Part shown: positions 42,298 to 52,424 of the stretch, one piece after another
Numbering within the stretch: position 1 is the first letter of the stretch
Layout of the letters: the number at the start of each line of letters is the position of its first letter
Assembly (NCBI GenBank): GCA_034521815.1
Contig: JAXHLW010000013.1
Location: 384,001-448,000, forward strand
Length of the DNA: 64,000 nt
From: Trueperaceae bacterium
GTDB taxonomy: Bacteria; Deinococcota; Deinococci; Deinococcales; Trueperaceae
Reading direction: 5' to 3'
Notes under the pieces: model-generated
What the model was told of the DNA's origin: nothing
The model's input: only the letters and a program-made list of their open reading frames with translations
Database searches by the model: none
Position numbers and translations under genes: made by a program

Positions 42298-43221
42298 TCA
42301 GTCGGCTTTGCCGGCCGAGCCGAACACCTGCATGCGTTCCGCGACGATGCGTCGCATCTCGTCCCTGGCGGGCCCGAGGATCTTGCGCGGATCGAACTCC
42401 GACGGGTCGTCCTTGAGCACCTCGCGCACGCGCGCGGTGAACGCCAGACGAAGGTCGGTGTCGGTGTTGATCTTGGCGATGCCTTCGGTGACGGCCTTGC
42501 GGACGTCGTCCTCGTGGATCCCGCTGGCGTCGGCCAGCGATCCGCCGGCGTCGTTCAGGCGCTGGACGATGTCGCTGGGCACGCCGCTCGCTCCGTGCAT
42601 CACCAGCGGATGGGGAAGGCGCGAGGCGATCTCGACGATCCGGTCGTGGTCGATGTACGGTCGGCCCTTGCCCTTGTTCGCGCCGTGCGACGTGCCGATC
42701 GCCACGGCGAGGTAGTCCGCGCCGCTCTCGTGCATGAACCGCTCCGCCTCGTCGGGCTTCGTGAGGATCGCGTCTTCGGCGCTGACCACCACGTGCTCCT
42801 CGACCCCGCCGAGTCGGCCGATCTCGGCCTCGACCGTCACGCCGACGGCGTGAGCGGCCTGCACGACCCGGGCGGTCTCGCGCACGTTGACCTCTTCCTC
42901 GGCGTGCGACTTGTCGATCATCACCGAGGTGAAGCCCATCCGGATCGCTCGCAGGCACGACTCGTACGACGAGCCGTGATCGAGGTGGATCGCGACCGGG
43001 ACGGTCGCGTCGCGGGCCATCTCGACGACCATCTTGGGCAAGATCGCGCCGCCGTACTTCAGCGCGCCTTCGGATAGCGCGAGGAGCACTGGGCTGCGCG
43101 TCTCCTCGGCGGCTTCGAGGATCGCCTGGGTGATCTCCATGTCGTTGGTGTTGAAGGCCCCGACGCCGTACTGGCCGTCGCGGGCCGCCTTGAGGATGTC
43201 GAGTCCGGTCATGAGGGGCAT
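42298..43221 (-). CDS. fba: Fructose-1,6-bisphosphate aldolase class II
   Basis: VGAFN, IHLDHG, FTSVMIDKSH, VEAEIG, AIGTSHG, VMHGASG, KINTDTD. Confidence 0.95.
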   Translation of the reverse strand: MPLMTGLDILKAARDGQYGVGAFNTNDMEITQAILEAAEETRSPVLLALSEGALKYGGAILPKMVVEMARDATVPVAIHLDHGSSYESCLRAIRMGFTSVMIDKSHAEEEVNVRETARVVQAAHAVGVTVEAEIGRLGGVEEHVVVSAEDAILTKPDEAERFMHESGADYLAVAIGTSHGANKGKGRPYIDHDRIVEIASRLPHPLVMHGASGVPSDIVQRLNDAGGSLADASGIHEDDVRKAVTEGIAKINTDTDLRLAFTARVREVLKDDPSEFDPRKILGPARDEMRRIVAERMQVFGSAGKAD

Positions 43222-43253
43222 GACGGCATCCTACCGCAGCGAACGCGCCGCCT

Positions 43254-44066
43254 TCACTCCAGCGGCACCGTCGGCCGTCCGAGCGCCGCCAGAAGCGCGC
43301 TCGAGCCGGCTCGAACGGCGGATCCGACGTTCCATGCCGCCTTGTCCCTGACGCCCGCGACGTTGCTGACGCCGCGCACCTGCGCGAACGGTAGTCCCAG
43401 CCGGGCGCACGCCAACGCGGCGCCGGCGCCCTCCATCGACTCGATCGCGGCGCCGGAGCGCGCGGCGCGACTCGCGGCGACGTCCAGGTCGCCGGCGATC
43501 GCGTCGGAGGTCGCGAACGGAACGGGAACGGTGCCGCACGCGCCGGACAGCGCCGAGGTCCAGCCGGGGTCGGTGGGGAAGACCTCGAACAGGTCCCCCC
43601 CACGGTCGCCGCCACGGTCCAGGTCTTCGTACGACCGCCCGCTCGCCGGGACGCGCGGGAGCGGGATCTCGGCGAGACTCGTGATGGTGTCGGTGTACGC
43701 CACGCCGGCGTCGAGATCGGTCTCGGACGCGGCGCAGACCGCGCTGCCGACCGGAACGAACGCGCCCACGTACGCCCCGGCGATGCCGGTCATGAGGCAG
43801 GCGGACGGCCTGAGCGTGGCGGCGAACCAGGCGACGGCCGAGGCCGCCGAGGCCTTGCCCACGCCGCACGCCACCAGCGCCACCGGTCGACGGCGCAGGC
43901 GCCCCGTCCAGGCGACGGGCCAAGCGCTGCCATCGATCGCTCGTGACTCGCGCGTCTCGACCAGGAGGTCGCGCAGCTCCATCTCGGTGGCGGCCACGAT
44001 CAGCAGCGGCGCCTCGTCCGCGTGGGACGGCGACGAAGGCGCGCTCACGGCGGAAGGCGCGCTCAC
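43254..44066 (-). CDS. mqnB: Futalosine hydrolase
   Basis: LLIVAATEMEL, GVGKASAA, GIAGAY, ESMEGAGAA, VRGVSNVAGVRDKAAW. Confidence 0.85.
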   Translation of the reverse strand: MSAPSAVSAPSSPSHADEAPLLIVAATEMELRDLLVETRESRAIDGSAWPVAWTGRLRRRPVALVACGVGKASAASAVAWFAATLRPSACLMTGIAGAYVGAFVPVGSAVCAASETDLDAGVAYTDTITSLAEIPLPRVPASGRSYEDLDRGGDRGGDLFEVFPTDPGWTSALSGACGTVPVPFATSDAIAGDLDVAASRAARSGAAIESMEGAGAALACARLGLPFAQVRGVSNVAGVRDKAAWNVGSAVRAGSSALLAALGRPTVPLE

Positions 44067-44767
44067 GGCGTCCGTTCCCAGCGACGGACCGCGACGACGT
44101 CGTCGGCGCTCGCCAGGCGCGCCCAGTAGGCGCGCCGTCCTACCGCGTGGGCCTCGTCCAGGAGGGTCGCGACCAGCGGCTCCGCCTCGCCTCCGCTCAA
44201 CACGATCGTGCGCGCCCCCTCGGTCCGGATCGACACCGCCGCAGCGCGGTCCAGCCCGACGTCGCCGGTGAGGTGAAGCTCCACGTCCGGGTCGTCGCTC
44301 GCGGCAGAGGCCAGCACCGTCGCGAGCGCCTCGGTCAGTGCCGTGCGTTCCTCTTCGGCCGCCTCGGCCTGCAGCGCGGAGTCCACGATGACGGTCGCGA
44401 CGTCGGCGGCGGCGTCCCAGCCGACCGGCGCGCCGTCGTGAACGGTGACGCGGCCGGGTCGCCGCGAGGCGCCCCAGGGATCGGCGATGGCGACCTCCAG
44501 CGTCGGTCGGTAGCCCGCTTCGCGGGCGGTCGGCTCCGCCACGTCCCCGGGCGGCAGCACCAGGGCCGGCCAGGGCGCCGGTGCCTCGCCCAGCTCGGCG
44601 AGGCGCTCCGCCAACGGCAGCCAGGTGGCGTCGGTCAGAGCCAGCGGGAGCGGCGTGCCGGCCAGGTGGCTGCCACCCGCTTCCGGACGCACGTCGGTCG
44701 CCCAGTGGGCGCAGGCGGCGTGGACCGCGCGGAGGTCGTCGCTCCAACGTCCGTCGGGTCCGTCCAC
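44063..44767 (-). CDS. Hypothetical protein (possible degenerate GNAT-like C-terminus)
   Basis: Fills the gap between ftsY and mqnB, with a GTGA overlap to mqnB; protein-like composition. Start is uncertain. Confidence 0.55.
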   Translation of the reverse strand: MDGPDGRWSDDLRAVHAACAHWATDVRPEAGGSHLAGTPLPLALTDATWLPLAERLAELGEAPAPWPALVLPPGDVAEPTAREAGYRPTLEVAIADPWGASRRPGRVTVHDGAPVGWDAAADVATVIVDSALQAEAAEEERTALTEALATVLASAASDDPDVELHLTGDVGLDRAAAVSIRTEGARTIVLSGGEAEPLVATLLDEAHAVGRRAYWARLASADDVVAVRRWERTP

Positions 44768-44772
44768 GAGAC

Positions 44773-45717
44773 TCAGGCGGCCTCGCGTGCCGGCATGTCC
44801 AACAGGGCGCGCACGTAGGCGGCCGCGTCGTACGGCTGCAGGTCCTCCGCGGATTCGCCGACGCCGATGAACTTGATGGGCAGCCCGAGCTCGCGCACGA
44901 TGGGGAGCAGAATGCCTCCCTTTCCGGTGCCGTCGAGCTTCGTGACGATCACGCCGGTGAGCTCCACCGCCTCGTGGAAGCGCTTGGCCTGCTGCAGACC
45001 GTTCTGCCCCGTGACGGCGTCGAGCACCAGCCACACGTCCTTCGGCTCGCCGGGGTCGGCCTTGCCGACGACGCGCCGAACCTTCTTCAGCTCTTCCATC
45101 AGGTTGTGCTGGGTATGGAGACGTCCGGCCGTGTCGACGATCAGCAGGTCGGTCCCCTTGGCTTTCCGGGCCGCGGCCGCGTCGTACGCGACGGCCCCGG
45201 GATCGCCTCCGTCGGGGCCGACGTGCGTGGCGATGCCCAGCCGTTCACCCCAGACGCCGAGCTGGGCGGAGCCGGCGGCGCGGAACGTGTCGCCGGCGGC
45301 GAACCGCACGCTCTTTCCGAGTCGCTGATAGTACTGCCCGAGCTTGGCGATCGTGGTGGTCTTTCCGACGCCGTTGACGCCGACGACCATCACGACGTGC
45401 CCGGCCGGCTCGACGACGTTGCGGCTGACGTCGAGAGCGAACCCGACGCGGCGGAGCTTCTGGCGCATGCGGTCCGGCTCGAGCTGGTCGAGGAGCGCCT
45501 GCTCGAGCGCGTCGCGAAACGGCGCCCCGCCCTCGCGCTGACGCTTCGCTTCTTCGACGACGTCCGACGCGATGCGCGCGCCCACGTCCGCGCCGATCAG
45601 CGCGAACTCGAGGTCGTCCCACTCCATCTCCCAGCTCTTGCCCAGATCTCGCACGTCGGTGGTGAGCACGTCGCGTGTCTTGCCCAGGCCCTGGCGCAGG
45701 CGATCGAACCAGCCCAT
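44773..45717 (-). CDS. ftsY: Signal recognition particle receptor FtsY
   Basis: MGWFDRLRQGL.KT, GVNGVGKTT, DTFRAAG, DTAGR, TKLDGTGKGG. Confidence 0.96.
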   Translation of the reverse strand: MGWFDRLRQGLGKTRDVLTTDVRDLGKSWEMEWDDLEFALIGADVGARIASDVVEEAKRQREGGAPFRDALEQALLDQLEPDRMRQKLRRVGFALDVSRNVVEPAGHVVMVVGVNGVGKTTTIAKLGQYYQRLGKSVRFAAGDTFRAAGSAQLGVWGERLGIATHVGPDGGDPGAVAYDAAAARKAKGTDLLIVDTAGRLHTQHNLMEELKKVRRVVGKADPGEPKDVWLVLDAVTGQNGLQQAKRFHEAVELTGVIVTKLDGTGKGGILLPIVRELGLPIKFIGVGESAEDLQPYDAAAYVRALLDMPAREAA

Positions 45718-47318
45718 CAGCTATCGGGTCCGCTCCGGCCGGGTCCGCTCCGGCCACTGCCGCTCCGCTTCGCGTCGCTCTCGGCGCCGCTCGTCGCGGC
45801 GGCGTCGACGTTCTCCTCCGGACGGTTCTCCTCCGGACGGTTCTCCTCCGACGTGGGCCGATCGTCCGGCAGGGCGGCGGTCATCTCCGAGAGCGCACGG
45901 CCGATGCGCCGAAGCACGCGCTCGCGCCCCAGAATGACGACCAGGTCGGTCACCGAGGGCGCCTGCGTGGTGCCCGTCAGCGCGGCTCGCATCGGCATGA
46001 GCACCTGAGGCTTCTTGATCTCGCGCGAGCGGACGTAGTCGTCGAGCAGGTCGTCGACCGCGTCCTCGTCGAAGAAGTCCAGCATCGAGAACGCCCGCTC
46101 GAGGTCTTCGAGCGCCTGCTGGCCTGCGGCGATCCGCTTGCGAGCCTCGTCGGAGATCGCGAAGTCGTCGGTCCAGAAGTAGCCGCTCTGCTCGGCGATG
46201 TCGTTCACGGTCTCGGCCCTGGGCCGCAACACGTCGACGACGTCGAGCAGGTAGTCCTCGTCGTCGCCGTCGTAGCCGGCCTCCTTCAGCGCCGGCTCGG
46301 CCCGGTCGGCGATCTCCTCGAGCGGCAGGATCTCGCGCAGGTAGCGGGCGTTCACGTGCCGCAGCTTGCGGAGGTCGAACACCGGTCCGCCCAGCGAGAT
46401 GCGTTCCGGATCGAAGACCGCCACCATCTCGTCGAGCGTGAAGATCTCTCGACCGTCCGGCATGCTCCAGCCCATGGTCGCCAGGAAGTTCAGAAGCGCC
46501 TCGGGCAGGATGCCCTGACGGCGATACGAGTCCACGCTGGTGTCGAGCTTGCGCTTGCTGATCTTCGTCTTGTTCGCGTCGGGGTTGCGCAGCAACGGGA
46601 GGTGGATGAAGACCGGCAGCTCCCACTCGAGCGCCCGGTAGAGGAGAACGTGGATCGGCGTGCTGGTGACCCACTCCTCGGCCCGCATGACGTGCGTGAC
46701 CTCCATGGCGCGATCGTCCACCACGTTCGCGAAGTGGTAGGTCGGGTAGCCGTCGCTCTTGACCAGGACGGGATCTTTGATCTCCGCATTGGGGATGGCG
46801 ATCTGGCCCCGCAGCAGGTCGACGAACGCCGTATCGCCGTCGTCCGGCGTGCGCAGGCGGATCACGTGCGGCTCGCCCGCGGCCGCCCGCCGCTCCTGCT
46901 CCGGGACGGGCACGTCGCGGCCCCGCCCGTCGTAGCCCAGCGGCTGACCGCGCCGCTGCTGATCCGCCCGCATCGCCGCGAGCTCCTCCTCGCTCTCGAA
47001 CGCGCGGTACGCGCCACCCGAGGCGAGCAGCCTGTCGGCATGCTCACGGTACAGGTCCAAGCGCTCGCTCTGGCGATACGGTCCGTTCGGGCCGCCCACG
47101 CCGGGACCCTCGTCGGGCGCGATGCCGAGCCACTCGAACATCTCGAGGATGCGGAGCTCGGAGGCGGCGTCGTAGCGCTCGCGATCGGTGTCTTCGAGGC
47201 GGAACACGAAGCGACCGCCGTGACGCTTGGCGAAGGCGTAGTTGAACAAGCCCACGTAGGCCGTGCCGACGTGGGGGTCTCCGGTGGGGGATGGAGCGAT
47301 GCGGGTCACGACGTTCAT
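45717..47318 (-). CDS. gltX: Glutamate--tRNA ligase
   Basis: RIAPSPTGDPHVGT, RLEDTD, YRQSER, PTYHFANVVDD, KISKR; repeat-expanded C-tail. Confidence 0.96.
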   Translation of the reverse strand: MNVVTRIAPSPTGDPHVGTAYVGLFNYAFAKRHGGRFVFRLEDTDRERYDAASELRILEMFEWLGIAPDEGPGVGGPNGPYRQSERLDLYREHADRLLASGGAYRAFESEEELAAMRADQQRRGQPLGYDGRGRDVPVPEQERRAAAGEPHVIRLRTPDDGDTAFVDLLRGQIAIPNAEIKDPVLVKSDGYPTYHFANVVDDRAMEVTHVMRAEEWVTSTPIHVLLYRALEWELPVFIHLPLLRNPDANKTKISKRKLDTSVDSYRRQGILPEALLNFLATMGWSMPDGREIFTLDEMVAVFDPERISLGGPVFDLRKLRHVNARYLREILPLEEIADRAEPALKEAGYDGDDEDYLLDVVDVLRPRAETVNDIAEQSGYFWTDDFAISDEARKRIAAGQQALEDLERAFSMLDFFDEDAVDDLLDDYVRSREIKKPQVLMPMRAALTGTTQAPSVTDLVVILGRERVLRRIGRALSEMTAALPDDRPTSEENRPEENRPEENVDAAATSGAESDAKRSGSGRSGPGRSGPDS

Positions 47319-47394
47319 GGCGCGGTCTCCTTCTCGGCGATCGATGATAGCCCGGTTCGGGAACGTTCCCGGTCGTCGGGCCTGCGACGGGGCT

Positions 47395-48204
47395 TCAGGT
47401 GACGGCCAGGCGGAGCAGCGTCAGGGCGGACACGGTCCACAAGTAGGGCGCGAACCAGCGGAAGCGCCCCTTCTTCAGCAGCCGAAACAGCCAGATCAAC
47501 GCCAGCCACCCGGTCACGAACGACGCCAGCGTCATCCAGCCCACCGCGCGCCAGCCCAGCTCGGCGTCGCGAACCTCGGTGAAGCCCAGCACGGCGACGC
47601 CGGCAGAGGCGACGAGGTAGAGCAGGAACGACAGACGGGCCGCCAGCGCCGCGTCGACGTCGCGCCAGAGCAACGCCGAGATCGTGCTGCCCGAGCGGCT
47701 GATGCCGGGCACGACGGCCAAGCCTTGCGCCGTCCCGGCGAGCAGCGCGTCGCGCCAGCCCAGGTCCTGACTTTCGCGGCGCGCGCCTCTCGTGGGCGCC
47801 GTCCACAGGATCAGGCCGGTCACCGCCAGCGCGAACGCGACGGGGAGAGGCGCGTTCAGGTGCTCGAACACGCCCCTGAGCCCAAGTCCGATCAGCGCGG
47901 TCGGGACCGAGCCGATGATCACCAGCCACGCCAGTCGCCAGCCGTCCTGCTGGCGAGCCTCGGCCGAGACCAGGCCGCGCACGAAGCCGCTGGCCGCCAT
48001 CCAGACGTCGGCACGGAGGGCGATCAGGACGGCGAGGAACGTGCCGGTGTTGGTCGCGATGTCGACCGCCAGCTCCAGCGACTCGCCCTCGGCTTGGAAA
48101 CCGAACCAGGTCGCGGCCAGGACCAGATGTCCGGAGCTGGAGATCGGCAGGAACTCGGTGAGTCCCTGCACGATGCCGAGGATGAGGGCCTGGAGATCGG
48201 CCAC
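47395..48204 (-). CDS. uppP: Undecaprenyl-diphosphate phosphatase
   Basis: LGIVQGLTEFLPISSSGH and PGISRSGSTI. Confidence 0.93.
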   Translation of the reverse strand: MADLQALILGIVQGLTEFLPISSSGHLVLAATWFGFQAEGESLELAVDIATNTGTFLAVLIALRADVWMAASGFVRGLVSAEARQQDGWRLAWLVIIGSVPTALIGLGLRGVFEHLNAPLPVAFALAVTGLILWTAPTRGARRESQDLGWRDALLAGTAQGLAVVPGISRSGSTISALLWRDVDAALAARLSFLLYLVASAGVAVLGFTEVRDAELGWRAVGWMTLASFVTGWLALIWLFRLLKKGRFRWFAPYLWTVSALTLLRLAVT

Positions 48205-48243
48205 GTTCGCGTCCTTCCTGCAACGGTCCTGCCCGAACGAGAA

Positions 48244-48271
48244 ACAGGCCGGTGGCGGGCCACCGGCCTGT
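48244..48271 (-). terminator. Intrinsic terminator of rplM-rpsI
   Basis: 12-bp stem ACAGGCCGGTGG-4nt-CCACCGGCCTGT followed on the minus strand by TTCTCGTT. Confidence 0.7.
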
Positions 48272-48293
48272 CGTTACCGACGGGGCGTCGCGC

Positions 48294-48679
<386 letters not shown>

Positions 48680-48680
<1 letters not shown>

Positions 48681-49105
48681 CATCGGACCTCCAAGGCCTT
48701 GGGCTGCTGAGCCTGATGCGGGTGCACGTCGCCGGCGTAGACCTTCAGGCGACGGATCAGCTTCCGGCCCAGCCGGTTCTTCGGGAGCATGCCCCAGACG
48801 GCGTGCTCGAGCACGCGTTCGGGGTGCTTGGCCAGCATCTCGCGGGCCGGGACTTCCTTGAGGCCGCCCTGGTAGCCGCTGTAGCGGGTGTAGATCTTCT
48901 GATCGAGCTTCGCACCGGTGAACACGACCTTCTCGGCGTTGATCACGATGACGAAGTCGCCGCCCGATTGGTTCGGCGTGTAGGTCGGCTTGTGCTTGCC
49001 GCGGAGGACCTGAGCCAAGCGCGTCGCGAGCCGTCCGACGGTCTGGCCGTCGGCGTCGATCACGACCCAGTCGTTCTCGGTCTCCTTGGGGAAGTAGGTC
49101 TTCAC
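48680..49105 (-). CDS. rplM: 50S ribosomal protein L13
   Basis: MKTY...WVVIDA..GRLAT...[11 protein letters not shown]...GMLPKNRLG...[11 protein letters not shown] at 49114 is an alternative start. Confidence 0.97.
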
Positions 49106-49228
49106 GGTCGTCACGTCCTTCGGATGTGCGCACGGTCGTTCGCTTCGCGCACGTTGGTTCGCATTCGGTTCGTTCGTTTCGAGGTCACGTCGATGATCGG
49201 GGGATCGTCACGCGAAAAGCCAAAAGGG

Positions 49229-49257
49229 ACTTTAGCACGCCCGCTCCGCTGCAACAA
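49229..49257 (-). promoter_or_regulatory. rplM-rpsI promoter
   Basis: TTGTTG-17nt-(TGc)TAAAGT, followed by a leader of about 115 nt. Confidence 0.6.
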
Positions 49258-49323
49258 GGCCGTGCGATCGCCCGGGCCCCGGCGTGCCCGCCACGTCACC
49301 GCCGCCCGTCAGGCGCGCGGGGC

Positions 49324-49875
49324 TCACGAGCCGGACGGAGGCTCGCCGGAGCCGCCATCGTCGGCGGGCTCGTCGTCCCCTGCCGCGTCGTCCCCTGCCG
49401 CGTCGTCCACGGCGTCGCTGGGCGGCGTCGCGACCGGGCCGCCGAGCTGGCGGATCTCCTCGATGAACCGGTCGACCGAGTCGAAGTCGCGGTACACGCT
49501 GAGGAAGCGGATGTAGGCCACGTCGTCGAGCGACTTCAGGAACGCCAAGGCTCGTCGGCCGATCTCGTCCGCGTCGATCCGTGCCGTCTGGACCTCGTCC
49601 TCGAAGCCGTACGCGAACTCGCGCAGCTGCTTTTCGGTGACGGGGCGCTTCGTCGTCGCGACGCGCAGCTTGCCGAGAAGCTTGTCGGGCTGGAACGCCT
49701 CGAGCCGTCCCGACCGCTTGCGCACCATCAGCGCTTCGAGCTGGGTCCGCTCGTACGTCGTGAAGCGCCGGTGGCACGCGTCGCACTCCCGCCGGCGTCG
49801 GATCGCGTGCCCCTCGTCGGAGGGCCGCGAGTTCACCACCCGCGTCTCGGTGGACGAGCAGTACGGACACTTCAC
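49324..49875 (-). CDS. nrdR: Transcriptional repressor NrdR
   Basis: MKCPYC...VVNSR...IRRRRECDAC..RFTTYE, ATP cone, DDVAYIRF.SVYRDF. Confidence 0.96.
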   Translation of the reverse strand: MKCPYCSSTETRVVNSRPSDEGHAIRRRRECDACHRRFTTYERTQLEALMVRKRSGRLEAFQPDKLLGKLRVATTKRPVTEKQLREFAYGFEDEVQTARIDADEIGRRALAFLKSLDDVAYIRFLSVYRDFDSVDRFIEEIRQLGGPVATPPSDAVDDAAGDDAAGDDEPADDGGSGEPPSGS

Positions 49876-49882
49876 CTCGGGC

Positions 49883-49938
49883 CTCTCACGTCGCGGCTCT
49901 CACGTCGCGCCTCGCACGTCGGTCTTCTCACGTCGTGC
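49883..49938. repeat. 14-bp tandem repeat x4 (CTCTCACGTCGCGG consensus) directly upstream of nrdR
   Basis: ctctcacgtcgcgg / ctctcacgtcgcgc / ctcgcacgtcggtc / ttctcacgtcgtgc. Confidence 0.88.
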
Positions 49939-49950
49939 CGCCGCGGCGCC

Positions 49951-50841
49951 TCACCAGGCGTCACGCGGTCGGTACGGCGGAAGGTCGATGAGGTCGGACG
50001 TGTCGTCACCGTCGTCCGTATCGCGGCGCCGCCGCCCTTCGCTGGACGCGTCGTCGCCGTCGTCGCTGTCGTCGTCGCCATCGGCGTCGTCGTCGGCCTC
50101 GCCCTGCTCGGACCACATCTCCGCCTCGAGATCGTCCTGGCGGACCCGATCGTCCAGCGCTGCCTGAATCTCGGGCAGCAACCGTTCCACCACGCGGGGA
50201 GGCGGCGGGAGGTCCACCGCGAGCTCCAAGCCGCGTATCCCTTCGGCGTCCTCGCCCCCCAGAAACAGCACCGTGTCCACCAGACGTGCGTCGTGGACGG
50301 GATCGGATGCGCTCCTCGAGGGGACGACGACGTTCACCCGGAGCGCGTCGGAGCGCGCGCCGAACGCAGCGGCGAGCCTGGCCAGTCCGCCACGGACCAT
50401 GGCGTTCTGCGGCGCGTCGGCGGAGGCGGGCGGAGCGACGATCACGATCCAGCTCCGCTCCAGCGATCTCGCGGCGGTTCGCAGCAGGAGCTGACTGCTC
50501 CTGAGCGTGTCGTCGACGAGCTCGGTGAACTCGTTGTCGGTCAGCGCCAGCGGGCTCGCCGAGCTGGACCGCGAGGCGACGTGGACGACGCCTTCGAGTC
50601 GGCCGAACAGCTCGTCGATCTTCGCGAACGCATGGCGTACGTCCATGCCGACGGTGACGTCGATCTGGATCGGAATCGCTTGCCCGCCGTTCTCCTCGAT
50701 CTCGGCGGCCGTCTTGGACGCGAGCTCCACGTCCCGGTCGGCGCAGACCACGTCGTAGCCGGCACGGCCCCAGCCGAGCGCGACGGCTCGCCCGAATCCC
50801 TGTCCGACACCCGTGACCAGCACGACTCCACCTCGCGGCAT
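49951..50841 (-). CDS. Atypical SDR-family oxidoreductase with an acidic C-tail
   Basis: VLVTGVGQGFGRAVA Rossmann motif, DVT, LRVNVVVP; no recognisable YxxxK. ATG 6 nt after TATCGT. Confidence 0.75.
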   Translation of the reverse strand: MPRGGVVLVTGVGQGFGRAVALGWGRAGYDVVCADRDVELASKTAAEIEENGGQAIPIQIDVTVGMDVRHAFAKIDELFGRLEGVVHVASRSSSASPLALTDNEFTELVDDTLRSSQLLLRTAARSLERSWIVIVAPPASADAPQNAMVRGGLARLAAAFGARSDALRVNVVVPSRSASDPVHDARLVDTVLFLGGEDAEGIRGLELAVDLPPPPRVVERLLPEIQAALDDRVRQDDLEAEMWSEQGEADDDADGDDDSDDGDDASSEGRRRRDTDDGDDTSDLIDLPPYRPRDAW

Positions 50842-50960
50842 GCGGTCACGATACACCGCGCTCTCAGCGTCACCGCCTCCGGCCGAGCGTGGCCCTAGGG
50901 CGGCCCGGGTGCGCCGCGCCGCGGCGGCTCTGGTAGGCTCGGCGCCGGAAGGAGCCCGCC

Positions 50961-51416
50961 ATGCCCCGACGCGACGATGCGCGCGAGCCGTACAGCTACG
51001 TCGATGCCGAGACGACCGTCGAGGGCACCCTCGTCGCCGGCGCGCGTCTGCGCGTGGACGGACGCGTACGTGCCGAGGTGCGGGTCGACGGCGTGCTCGA
51101 GGTCGCTCCGGGCGGGCGGATCGAGATCGGGCCCGTCCGCGCAGGCGACGTCAGGATCGCGGGCGCGATTCTTGCCGACGTGCAGGCGACGGGCACCGTC
51201 GAGGTCTGGAACGGCGCCCGGCTCGAGGGCGACGTCCGTGCGGCTTCATTGGACATCGAGGAGGGCGCCACGTTCCTGGGTCGCAGCCTCTCGGCCGAGG
51301 CCGAGGTCGAAGCCGATTCGGAGGCGCCGGTGCGCAGCGCGATCGACGCCTCGGCGGGCGACACCGCCAGCGAGTCGGGCCTGGATCGCGAGCCGGATCC
51401 GGATCCGACGCGGTGA
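50961..51416 (+). CDS. Bactofilin (polymer-forming cytoskeletal protein)
   Basis: Beta-helix repeats TVEGTL...LRVDGRV...IAGAI...ARLEGDV..ASLDIEEGATFLG; SD AAGGAG. Confidence 0.9.
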   Translation: MPRRDDAREPYSYVDAETTVEGTLVAGARLRVDGRVRAEVRVDGVLEVAPGGRIEIGPVRAGDVRIAGAILADVQATGTVEVWNGARLEGDVRAASLDIEEGATFLGRSLSAEAEVEADSEAPVRSAIDASAGDTASESGLDREPDPDPTR

Positions 51417-51536
51417 GGGAGGGGACGAGCGACGCGGAGGCTCGCGCGGCGCGCCTGCTAGAATGCCGCGGGACGTGGCCTGTCGCACCGGATCGCGCGA
51501 GATCCTGCCGACGTCCCTGGACCGGAGGGAGATGCC

Positions 51537-52424
51537 GTGGCGCTTGAGCGTTGGTTCCGCAGGAGTCGGCCGACTCGCAGCGACGACGACACGAGCCCCG
51601 CCGGCTTGTGGCTCAAGTGCGAGAGCTGTTCGGCGCAGATCTACCGCAAGGACCTCGTCGCGAATCTCTACCTCTGTCCCGAGTGCGGCCATCACTACCG
51701 CATGCCGGTCGACGCGCGGATCGCGTCGTTGGCGGACGAGGGCACGTTCGAGCGCTGGTCGGGACGGCTGGCGCCGACCGACCCGTTGGAGTTCGTCGAC
51801 ACCGAGCCGTACCCCGAGCGCATGGAGCGCGTGCAGCAGAAGCAGGGACGCCCCGACGCCATCGTCTCGGGCGCGGCGTCGCTGAACGGCGAGCCTATCG
51901 CGCTGGTGGTGATGGACTTCTTCTTCGCCGGTGGCTCGATGGGCTCGGTCGTCGGCGAGGAGATCGCGCGCGCGGCGGAACGCGCCGCCGCGGAGGACCG
52001 GTCGCTGGTCGTGATCACCGCGTCCGGTGGCGCGCGCATGCAAGAGGGCGCGCTGAGCCTGATGCAGATGGCGAAGACGACGGTCGCGCTCGAGGAGCTG
52101 ACGGAGCGCCGTCTCCCGTTCGTGTCGGTGCTCACCGACCCGACGACGGGCGGCGTGACCGCGTCGTTCGCCACCCTGGGCGACGTCATCCTGGCCGAGC
52201 CGCACGCGCTGATCTGTTTCGCCGGGCCACGTGTGATCCAGCAGACGATCAAGCAGGACCTGCCCGAGGGATTCCAACGCGCGGAGTTCCTGCTCAAGAA
52301 GGGCATGCTGGACGACGTGGTGCCGCGCGACCGGTTGAAGGAGGCGCTGGGGACGACCCTGCGCCTGCTGCGTGGTGGCGCCAAGGTGTCCGAGCCCGAG
52401 GAGTCGCATGTCGCTACCGTTTGA
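51537..52424 (+). CDS. accD: Acetyl-CoA carboxylase carboxyltransferase beta
   Basis: GLWLKCESC...CPEC zinc finger, [36 protein letters not shown]. Confidence 0.96.
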   Translation: MALERWFRRSRPTRSDDDTSPAGLWLKCESCSAQIYRKDLVANLYLCPECGHHYRMPVDARIASLADEGTFERWSGRLAPTDPLEFVDTEPYPERMERVQQKQGRPDAIVSGAASLNGEPIALVVMDFFFAGGSMGSVVGEEIARAAERAAAEDRSLVVITASGGARMQEGALSLMQMAKTTVALEELTERRLPFVSVLTDPTTGGVTASFATLGDVILAEPHALICFAGPRVIQQTIKQDLPEGFQRAEFLLKKGMLDDVVPRDRLKEALGTTLRLLRGGAKVSEPEESHVATV

